Shown piece after piece: positions 56,925 to 64,000 of a stretch of 64,000 bases of DNA. Location: positions 77,118 to 141,117 of the forward strand of contig VMGE01000002.1 of the NCBI GenBank assembly GCA_007376395.1, written 5' to 3'. The stretch comes from Microgenomates group bacterium Gr01-1014_5. Lineage in GTDB: Bacteria > Patescibacteriota > Microgenomatia > UBA8517 > UBA10165. Each line of letters opens with the position of its first letter. The first letter of the stretch is position 1. The notes beneath the pieces were generated by a model. It was not told where the DNA came from, searched no databases, and saw only the letters and a program-made list of their open reading frames with translations. The position numbers and the translations under genes are program-made.

Positions 56925-57194
56925 ATGCCGGTACTTAAATCAAGCAAAAAAGCTTTAAAGGTTTCGAGGAGAAGAAAAGACGAAAACGATATTCTGCGTA
57001 AAAATTTACGAAACGCGGTAAAGGCTTTGCGTGCGTCTCCAACGACTGCAAGCCTGAAAAAGGTCTACTCTCTACTTGACCGTTCTGCGAAAAAATATGT
57101 CATGCACAAAAACCGCGCGGCACGTCTTAAAAGCGGCTTTTCAAAATTAGTAAAACCAGCTTCAAAAACTTCTAAAAAAACTGCTCGCTTGTAG
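56925..57194 (+). CDS. rpsT: 30S ribosomal protein S20
   Basis: MPVLKSSKKA, LDRSAKK..HKNRAARLKS. Confidence 0.95.
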   Translation: MPVLKSSKKALKVSRRRKDENDILRKNLRNAVKALRASPTTASLKKVYSLLDRSAKKYVMHKNRAARLKSGFSKLVKPASKTSKKTARL

Positions 57195-57253
57195 TTCTTC
57201 TTTCACGGTATTTCATATGCTAATATGCAGCAGAGTGAAAGCTTGTGCCCAAC

Positions 57254-57829
57254 ATGGCTGCCTTTAAACAAGATGCGCCGGTAATCCGGCTTAAAAAAAT
57301 TAACCTTTTAATCCAGGAAGGTTTTGAGCATTCCCCAACAGGGAAAGTGCTTGCCTGGTTGCTCTCTGCCGGGCGTGCAATTGTTATTATTACGGAACTT
57401 ATCGTCATTACCGCTTTCCTTTCCCGTTTTTGGCTAGACCGCCAGCTCACAGATTTGATTGAGGGTAATAGCTCCAAAAAAACGCAGGTCGAAGCCTCGA
57501 CCAATTTCGAAGCGGACTTTCAAAACACACAAACAAGACTCGCGGCGGTAAAATTAATAGATAACACAAAAATCTTACCCCGCGAATACATAAAAGAAGT
57601 AACCCGGCTCCTCCCGGCAGAAGTAGTGCTTTCAGACATTTCTTACAACGAAAACAAGGTATCGGTTACCGGCTTAAGCTTAAACGAGGCAGGTTTGGCT
57701 GGTTTTATGAAATCGTTAGAAGAGTCTAACAAATTTTCAAGCGTTAGTTTGGTCAATATTGCTTTAGAAAGGGGTACGACAAATCTCATCAATTTCTCTT
57801 TAATAATGGAGGTGGAGAAGAAAAATTAA
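57254..57829 (+). CDS. PilN-like protein
   Basis: INLL motif, TM, coiled coil, LPAEVVL...F..SLEES..F..V. Confidence 0.8.
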   Translation: MAAFKQDAPVIRLKKINLLIQEGFEHSPTGKVLAWLLSAGRAIVIITELIVITAFLSRFWLDRQLTDLIEGNSSKKTQVEASTNFEADFQNTQTRLAAVKLIDNTKILPREYIKEVTRLLPAEVVLSDISYNENKVSVTGLSLNEAGLAGFMKSLEESNKFSSVSLVNIALERGTTNLINFSLIMEVEKKN

Positions 57830-57830
57830 T

Positions 57831-58493
57831 ATGTCACGACTTTCTTACCGGGAACAATACGCGAAATATTCGAGGTACTTCCAAAATCTGCGTCAGGTAT
57901 ATGAACAGAAAGCAGAGGTTAAAGAGAGTATTGAACTGCTCCTTACATTTTTGACTATTTCTTTCTTTATCGTCTTCGCGCTCAGACCCACCATCAACAC
58001 AATCACAGAGTTGATTTCCAGCATTAACTCACAAAAAGAAATTCAAAACAAACTGGAAACTAAACTGTCAGATCTTTCCCGCGCAAGACAGGGTTACACC
58101 CAACAGGAAAAACGGCTCTTTTTAGTTGACCAGGCTCTGCCTCGTGATCCTGCACCAGATTTTTTCTTGCGCCAACTTGAAGGATTAGCCGCCACACACA
58201 ACCTTAACCTTAAATCTTTTTCGGTCGGCGAATCCTTGCTTTACGGACAGGCTCCCAAAGAGATTAAAGAACCACGCAATAAACCTTTAGTTGCCGGAAC
58301 CAAACAAACAGTAATTGCTTTTATTATCAATGGCAGTTTTGAAAACGCGATGGAATTTTTGCAAGACCTTGAAAACTTACGCCAAATATTTACTGTCGAA
58401 ACGTTTTCGTTTGGCTCAGGCAAGGCTGGTAGCGGCAACAGTACTATTTTGACTATATCCGGAGCAATAACTAATTATCCTTTAACTAAATGA
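57831..58493 (+). CDS. PilO-like protein
   Basis: TM, coiled coil, ALP..P, GSFENAMEFLQDLENLRQ; follows pilN. Confidence 0.8.
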   Translation: MSRLSYREQYAKYSRYFQNLRQVYEQKAEVKESIELLLTFLTISFFIVFALRPTINTITELISSINSQKEIQNKLETKLSDLSRARQGYTQQEKRLFLVDQALPRDPAPDFFLRQLEGLAATHNLNLKSFSVGESLLYGQAPKEIKEPRNKPLVAGTKQTVIAFIINGSFENAMEFLQDLENLRQIFTVETFSFGSGKAGSGNSTILTISGAITNYPLTK

Positions 58494-58834
58494 AACCTAA
58501 ACAAAAAGGATCCAGCTTTACGGTTTTTGCGATTTTGACAACACTCACCCTTTTAACTTGGGCAGCTTTTGGCGCCTATGAAAGATTGAGAAAAATCGAT
58601 CTTTCTGTCATCCCGGAGAAAATGCTCACGCCGGTAAACCCTAACCTTGATACGGCAACACTAGATCTTTTAGAAAAGAAAAAGCTCGTAAACGAAGAGC
58701 AAATTTCAAGCTTTGTCCCAACCGCTCAAGGCTCGGGTCGAACGCAAGCCGCAGGTTCCGAAAGTGCACAACAACCTAGTGGTGAAGCCAGCCCCGATCA
58801 AATCGGGGCCAGCCCGTCTGCCCAAACGCAATAA
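58490..58834 (+). CDS. small membrane protein in the PilP position
   Basis: N-terminal TM; start overlaps the pilO stop. Confidence 0.7.
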   Translation: MKPKQKGSSFTVFAILTTLTLLTWAAFGAYERLRKIDLSVIPEKMLTPVNPNLDTATLDLLEKKKLVNEEQISSFVPTAQGSGRTQAAGSESAQQPSGEASPDQIGASPSAQTQ

Positions 58835-58843
58835 TATAAAGTC

Positions 58844-59974
58844 ATGTATAAAACTGCAAAAATACCGACCATCCTCGGGATTGTTCTCCTGCTTGCCGGA
58901 GTTAGTATTGGCGTGTTTTTGGTTCAAAGAGAAAATATTTTTAATTTATCCGCCGCTCCCTCAGAAGCTCCCAAAGAAGTACGCATTACCAATATTACAG
59001 ACCGTGGATTTAGTGTTTCCTGGCTTACCGATAAACCCACAAACGGATTTATCTCTTACGGTAAAAACAAATCAGCAGGAACGGTTATTAACCAGGATAG
59101 CGTCCAGGGGCAGAGCTCGTATATTCATCACGTCACGGCAGACAACCTAGAAGCCAATACTACTTACTCGCTTAAAATTGGTTTTGGTAAAGCCGGAATA
59201 GACAAAAGTAAACTCTATTCGGTGAAATCTGGGCCTGCTCTAAAAAATTCACTTACTACGGATATTATTTTTGGCACCGTTGTTGACGCTCAAAACAAGC
59301 CAGTTGCAGGCAGTGTTGTCTATCTTACGGCTCCTGGCGTTACTCCACTTTCTACGGTAACAGATAAACAAGGTAAATGGACATATGTTTTTTCGACAGC
59401 ACGCCGGACAGACCTTTCGGCTTACGCAACTTATGATAAAAACGAGACTTTGCTCGAAGTTTTTGTACAGGCAGGAAACGAGAAGTTCTCGAGTGCAAAG
59501 ATAAAAACAGGAGCCGCACGTCCTGTACCGGTGCTGACCCTTGGAAAAATTCACGATTTTACCAACCTTAAGCCGATATCTGACGGAAAGACACCTGCTT
59601 CTGAACTAGATTTAACACGTGTAGAACCAGCCGCTTCTTCCTCTCCCTCCCCCAGTCCCAAGTCTGGTTTTTCTCAACCTTTAGCCCAGGGAAATCGCTC
59701 TCCTTCGCCCTCGCCCAAGGGAAGTCCCAAGCCCTCACCTAGTCCCTCTCCAAAAGCCGTGGGTGGACTAGCAAGCGCTTCGCCTTCCCCAAAGGCTTCA
59801 CCTATGGCCTCGCCATCACCAAGCCCAAAACCAGCAGCTGCCACAGGGTCAGCAGAGACACTTGCAGTAACAGGAACCTTACCATCAGCGGGTAATTTGA
59901 CAGCTACAATGTTCATCTTCATAATGGGAATGGTTCTAGTTATTATTGGGCTGTTTGTACCTCAGACAGCTTAA
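58844..59974 (+). CDS. FN3-domain surface protein with Ser-Pro linker and sortase-type C-terminus
   Basis: VRITNITD..FSVSW.T, L..NTTY; SP repeats; LAVTGTLPSAG followed by TM. Confidence 0.8.
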   Translation: MYKTAKIPTILGIVLLLAGVSIGVFLVQRENIFNLSAAPSEAPKEVRITNITDRGFSVSWLTDKPTNGFISYGKNKSAGTVINQDSVQGQSSYIHHVTADNLEANTTYSLKIGFGKAGIDKSKLYSVKSGPALKNSLTTDIIFGTVVDAQNKPVAGSVVYLTAPGVTPLSTVTDKQGKWTYVFSTARRTDLSAYATYDKNETLLEVFVQAGNEKFSSAKIKTGAARPVPVLTLGKIHDFTNLKPISDGKTPASELDLTRVEPAASSSPSPSPKSGFSQPLAQGNRSPSPSPKGSPKPSPSPSPKAVGGLASASPSPKASPMASPSPSPKPAAATGSAETLAVTGTLPSAGNLTATMFIFIMGMVLVIIGLFVPQTA

Positions 59975-59981
59975 CTGCCAT

Positions 59982-61655
59982 ATGAACGACAAACAAAACC
60001 CTGCCAATTCTCAAATTCCTAGTTCACCTGTTAACGATTCCCATCAAGATATTCCCCCACCGCCAGTACCGACTTCACCTCCTGGGATTTCATACAACGC
60101 TGACATCGAAGCACCAGTAAAAGAGGAACAAGCACATCTTAACCCCGCTTCTGTTTCTGTCCCTGAATCAATTTCTCCGCTACCCGTAGGATCTTCAAAC
60201 AAAACAAAGCTTTATGGCGCCATAGCTGCCATAATTTTATTAGTCGTTGCCATTCCTGCCGGAATTTTTCTTATCGGCCGCAACCAGGATGTCCGGGAAA
60301 AAGCAGCAGGTGGTGATCCTCTACACTGCGGAGCCTCTGACTCAACCCAAAGAAACCAAGGTCTAGTTGTTGGAAACTGTACCGGCTGGAGAGAAACTAA
60401 CAATTCCTGTGCTGCAGATTTAGAAAATCCATATTATTACGATAGTTGCACTCCAGCAACCCACCCAGACGGATGTGCAAGAGTAAGCGACACTGTCCAA
60501 TGTATGGATGAAACACAAAAACAAGAGGCAAGAAACATTGGTTTTAATGCTGTTTGCTACGCTGGAGCAAATCCCGCAGAAAGCATTCTAATATCAGTTA
60601 ACAGATGCGGTGCGCCGTATGTTCCGCCAACTACCACAACCCACCCTGACGGATGCGCAAGACCGGATGATACAGTGCAATGTTTAAGCAGTAATCAACA
60701 AAAAGAGATGAGGAATCGAGGCTTTAATGCCGCCTGTTATACAACAACAGGTAATCCGGCAGAAAGCGTTAAAATTTCAGAAAATAGGTGTCCGCTTTAT
60801 AAACACCTAGATGGCTGTGCAGGATACGGGGATACAGTCCAATGTATGGATGAAACACAAAAACAAGAGGCAAGAAACATTGGTTTTAATGCTGTGTGTT
60901 ATACACCTGAGAACAAGCCGGCAGAAAGCATTCTTGTTCAAAATAATCGTTGTGGAGCTCCGTATAACCCACCAGGAACAAACATTATTAGTGTTAGCAA
61001 TATCTCTCCGAATCCTGTTGTTTATGGTCAACCAGTCAAATTTAAAGCGACTTTCTCCGGTCCACAAGCAGCAAAAGTCCATGTTAGAATCTGGCCAAAC
61101 GATGCTGCTGGAGTAATTGCCATGGACGGAGGAAAAATTACCACAAGTGGTCAAGAGATTTCTTTTAATACGGGAAGTTTTCCTGCTGGAACTACAACTG
61201 CAAAAGTTAGATTTCAATTACAAAATTCAAGTAACGTAGATCTAATCCCTAATGTTGCCCAAGATGAAACTTTAACCGTAACCGGTTCTGGAGCCGGGGC
61301 AGGGTCAAACGCAACTCTTTGCAGCACAATTGAACTCATCAAGGCTAATTCTATTGTCTTTGAATCAAGTCCTGGAAATAACCAACCTGTAATTAATCCT
61401 GGAGAAAGTTTTCAAGTGAGAGTTATGTGTACTTTGACTGACCCAGCAGACAACTTTGATAAAATTCAGGTCAAGATAACTACGCCAAGCGGCGCTTCTA
61501 CTCAAGAAAAAGTTGCTTCTAGATTTCAAGAAAGAGATCGCGGCGCTTCACGCGCATTCTTTGCAATATTTGATCTTACAACAGGCTCTTCTGGAAATTA
61601 TAATATAAAAGCATGGGGACATACTCCGATTAAAGGTTGGAAAGGAAAGGAATAA
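59982..61655 (+). CDS. bitopic surface protein with three 4-Cys repeats and Ig-like C-terminal domains
   Basis: Pro-rich N-terminus, TM, three HxDGCA..DTVQC repeats. Confidence 0.8.
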   Translation: MNDKQNPANSQIPSSPVNDSHQDIPPPPVPTSPPGISYNADIEAPVKEEQAHLNPASVSVPESISPLPVGSSNKTKLYGAIAAIILLVVAIPAGIFLIGRNQDVREKAAGGDPLHCGASDSTQRNQGLVVGNCTGWRETNNSCAADLENPYYYDSCTPATHPDGCARVSDTVQCMDETQKQEARNIGFNAVCYAGANPAESILISVNRCGAPYVPPTTTTHPDGCARPDDTVQCLSSNQQKEMRNRGFNAACYTTTGNPAESVKISENRCPLYKHLDGCAGYGDTVQCMDETQKQEARNIGFNAVCYTPENKPAESILVQNNRCGAPYNPPGTNIISVSNISPNPVVYGQPVKFKATFSGPQAAKVHVRIWPNDAAGVIAMDGGKITTSGQEISFNTGSFPAGTTTAKVRFQLQNSSNVDLIPNVAQDETLTVTGSGAGAGSNATLCSTIELIKANSIVFESSPGNNQPVINPGESFQVRVMCTLTDPADNFDKIQVKITTPSGASTQEKVASRFQERDRGASRAFFAIFDLTTGSSGNYNIKAWGHTPIKGWKGKE

Positions 61656-61659
61656 TTCT

Positions 61660-62277
61660 ATGAACAAAAAAGTAATTATCGCAATTGGTGGAAGTCTTTC
61701 TATTTTGGTTCTTGCTGGTATTGCAATTTTTACAGCACTGAAGCTTCAAGAGACAGGAACTGAACCAGTTGCACCAAATGCACCAAAATCTCAACCAAAG
61801 GCGCAAACTGAAACTCTTCCAGGCAATCCTGTCGAGCTTACATTCACCGTAAGCGGTAGTGTTACGTCACCCTCACCAAGCCCATCAGCGTCACCCAGCC
61901 CGTCACCATCTGTTTCTCCTTCACCATCAGCGTCACCGTCGCCGTCTCCTTCACCTAGTCCTTCACCTTCTTCCGCGCCAGTTGGTGGAGCGCCAAACAG
62001 TTGTAATGGAACTTGCGGATCAAATGCAAACTGCGCAAGCGGACTTGTTTGTTCTGGTGGATTTTGCCGCAACGCTTCGTGTACCACCGAAACAGACTGT
62101 ACATGCCCGGCAGGCGCCGCCGCATCGAGCACACCTAAAGCAGTAGCTCAGGCAAAAGCCTCACCAACACCCACCCCAGAAGCAACCCTGCCAGAGGCAG
62201 GAATTAATCTTCCTTCTGGAATTGCCATCATGGGCGGCTTAATCCTCCTCTTCCTCGGCCTCGCCCTTGCTCTTTAA
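61660..62277 (+). CDS. Ser-Pro-rich surface protein with 8-Cys module and LPEAG-TM tail
   Basis: N-terminal TM, SP repeats, CNGTCGSNANC..C..C..C..CTC, LPEAG. Confidence 0.8.
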   Translation: MNKKVIIAIGGSLSILVLAGIAIFTALKLQETGTEPVAPNAPKSQPKAQTETLPGNPVELTFTVSGSVTSPSPSPSASPSPSPSVSPSPSASPSPSPSPSPSPSSAPVGGAPNSCNGTCGSNANCASGLVCSGGFCRNASCTTETDCTCPAGAAASSTPKAVAQAKASPTPTPEATLPEAGINLPSGIAIMGGLILLFLGLALAL

Positions 62278-63585
62278 TCATCTCCAGGTAGGGAGCCAGT
62301 AGTATTGTAAATCCCACCAACCAGAGACTGTTATTCCTGTCCAATGGGGGTAGAAATAGAGAAAGGCAAAAGCAATAAGTAACAAGTGACAAGTGACAAG
62401 TAATTTTTGTTTAGTCCAAAATCCATCAAAAAACCAGGCAAGAATAAGGGCTAAAAATGGCACTGCTGGAACGTAATGATAAATAAACATTATTCTCGGA
62501 GATAAAAACCAAGGGGTAAAAATAACTAAGTATGTTGCGAGAACTGCAAAAAGAAAAAAGTGGTGTTTGGAGCGAACTTGAGATAGTTTAGATTTGAATA
62601 AATACCAAAGAGCGTAAGCTACACCAAGCAATCCTCCCCAAAAGACAAACGGGTTACCCATTAAATAAATGTTTTGCACCTCCTTGCCGTCATTCACTCC
62701 CTGAGAGTAGGCATAGAGAGGCCTTAATGACAAAGCCCATTCGTGAGGACGTGAAGAATAGGGGTGTTCTGCTTTCAAGTTCGTTTGATACCACCAAATT
62801 TGCTGGTGCAGCTCGCCAAACTGCTCCAGGGTATGACCTTGAAGCCAAAACTGTCCATAGGAGGCAACATAAACCATAGACGGAAGAACGAAGAAACAAA
62901 AAAATGCAAATACCAGCTTCTGCAGGAATACTCTAATTTCCCTTATTCCCCTTACTTCCTTTACCAGCCATAAAAACCCTATTACCCCTATCGCAAAAAC
63001 ACCCGGCCATTTAGTAGCTATGGCCAACCCTAAAACAAGACCAACCAACCATAGGGGTTTCTTAATTAAGAATAAATAGAGGGAAAGAACCACCCAAAAG
63101 GCTAAATAGGTATCGTTCATCGTAATACGCGAAGAAGTAAAAGCTAATCCGTCAAGCGCATAGATAAAGGCGGCCAGAAGACCCAAGCGGGAAGAATTAA
63201 ATATCTTTACCCCGAAGAGGTAGAGTAAAATTATAATGCCCATACCAAACAACACTCCCGGATAACGCCAGGCAAATGGTTGATCTCCGAGTATTTTTAT
63301 CGACCCTGCTTGGATCAGTTTGGCCAAGGGTGGGTGCAACCATTCATAGGCGGCACATTTGGGAGCAGTACAATATGGAATCTCTGACGGGGAGTCGTGC
63401 CACCATTCGTAACCCGCAGGATCATTCCTGGCATAGGCCTCCGCTGTATAGGCGTGGTACACCTCGTCAAAATAAAATGAGTTTGGGTGTTCAAGATTCC
63501 AAACCCGCGCAATAAAAGAAAAAAGTAAAAGTAAAACGAGCAGCGCCTTGTGATTTCCGAGCCATTTCAATTGTAGTAGCGACAT
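62278..63585 (-). CDS. GT39/PMT-like lipid-carrier glycosyltransferase (protein O-mannosyltransferase-like)
   Basis: YFDEVYH, HPPLAKL, AWR, ATKW, HPYSS..W, GNP..FW, FIYHY.P, W..TW. Confidence 0.85.
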   Translation of the reverse strand: MSLLQLKWLGNHKALLVLLLLFSFIARVWNLEHPNSFYFDEVYHAYTAEAYARNDPAGYEWWHDSPSEIPYCTAPKCAAYEWLHPPLAKLIQAGSIKILGDQPFAWRYPGVLFGMGIIILLYLFGVKIFNSSRLGLLAAFIYALDGLAFTSSRITMNDTYLAFWVVLSLYLFLIKKPLWLVGLVLGLAIATKWPGVFAIGVIGFLWLVKEVRGIREIRVFLQKLVFAFFCFFVLPSMVYVASYGQFWLQGHTLEQFGELHQQIWWYQTNLKAEHPYSSRPHEWALSLRPLYAYSQGVNDGKEVQNIYLMGNPFVFWGGLLGVAYALWYLFKSKLSQVRSKHHFFLFAVLATYLVIFTPWFLSPRIMFIYHYVPAVPFLALILAWFFDGFWTKQKLLVTCHLLLIAFAFLYFYPHWTGITVSGWWDLQYYWLPTWR

Positions 63586-63601
63586 CTGTTAAAATTTTTA
63601 C

Positions 63602-64000
63602 ATGTTTAAACTCTTAAAAGAAAGGGGTGCTTTTTTATTTTTTGGTATCACCCTGCTTTTTTGGCTAATTGTCTTCTTATCTTTCTGGCCAAACATGCTG
63701 AAATATGAACCCGACGGACTTTATGCCGGCTGGATTGGTATTTGGGGAGACTGGTCAGCCCACATGTCTTATGCAACTTCTTTGTCTATCCAAGATAAAT
63801 TCCCGCCAAGTTTCCCCATTCTAGCAGGGCACGTGTTTTCTTATCCGTTCGGGACAGATTACATCTCAGCACTCTTATTAAAATTCGGAGCCCCTTTAAG
63901 AGAGGCCATGCTTTTACCTAGCTTTTTACTTTCTCTGCTTCTTGTCGTCAGCCTTCTCTTGTTCTTCAAAACTATTACCCAAAACGCAAAGACTTCGGCC
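63602..64000 (+). CDS. partial membrane protein, probable GT-C family
   Basis: Frame open to the window end: MFKLLKERG..WGDWSAH..FPP.FP..AG..FSYPF..D; missing from the ORF track because it is incomplete. Confidence 0.75.
   Translation, partial: MFKLLKERGAFLFFGITLLFWLIVFLSFWPNMLKYEPDGLYAGWIGIWGDWSAHMSYATSLSIQDKFPPSFPILAGHVFSYPFGTDYISALLLKFGAPLREAMLLPSFLLSLLLVVSLLLFFKTITQNAKTSA

Noticed and set aside
60495-60895. DGR template/variable repeat pair
   Set aside because: Both copies are in-frame in one gene, identical rather than adenine-variable, and no reverse transcriptase is in the window.
500-63515. Many short antisense or alternate-frame ORFs in the track (e.g. 1534-2100, 8566-9090, 13286-13771, 36825-37340, 58713-59150)
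   Set aside because: They shadow well-supported genes and show no family motifs.
1-64000. tRNA/rRNA genes and stop-codon reassignment
   Set aside because: No cloverleaf or rRNA motifs were seen in intergenic gaps by eye; TGA, TAA and TAG all end conserved genes (e.g. rpoC ends TGA), consistent with code 11.

Overview
Gene-dense, prophage-free chromosomal segment, most likely from a Patescibacteria (CPR, probably Microgenomates) genome using genetic code 11. The taxonomy is inferred from short IF2/AlaRS/HrcA, a sortase, pilN/O-like genes and a baseplate-J-like membrane protein. The backbone is housekeeping: pyrC-pyrD, fusA, rpoB-rpoC-rpsL-rpsG, mltG-ruvX-sortase, alaS, rodZ-ftsK-rnj-udg, pnp-rpsO-infB-nusA, polyprenyl synthase/uppS, hrcA-grpE-dnaK-dnaJ with a CIRCE, murJ, rpsT, and a surface-protein/glycosylation cluster. 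Accessory blocks lie at 6.2-7.8 kb, 16-21.3 kb and 27.8-31.2 kb. Best leads: (1) a TrpR-like gene bracketed by two copies of a 28-bp palindrome inside the str operon, beside an RDD-signal peptidase fusion with its catalytic Ser replaced by Ala; (2) REP-like elements punctuating an ORFan array next to rpoB, with a probable RAYT transposase start at the window edge; (3) short GC palindromes sitting in-frame in dnaK, grpE and infB; (4) an EF-G with non-canonical G4/G5 motifs; (5) resistance-type residues in S12 and RpoB; (6) a candidate uORF attenuator; (7) a protease-less Lon, an Fe-S-less family-4 UDG and a new Cys-rich repeat; (8) widespread leaderless promoter architecture. No tRNA, rRNA or CRISPR array was seen. 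All calls come from reading motifs by eye; no database searches were run.
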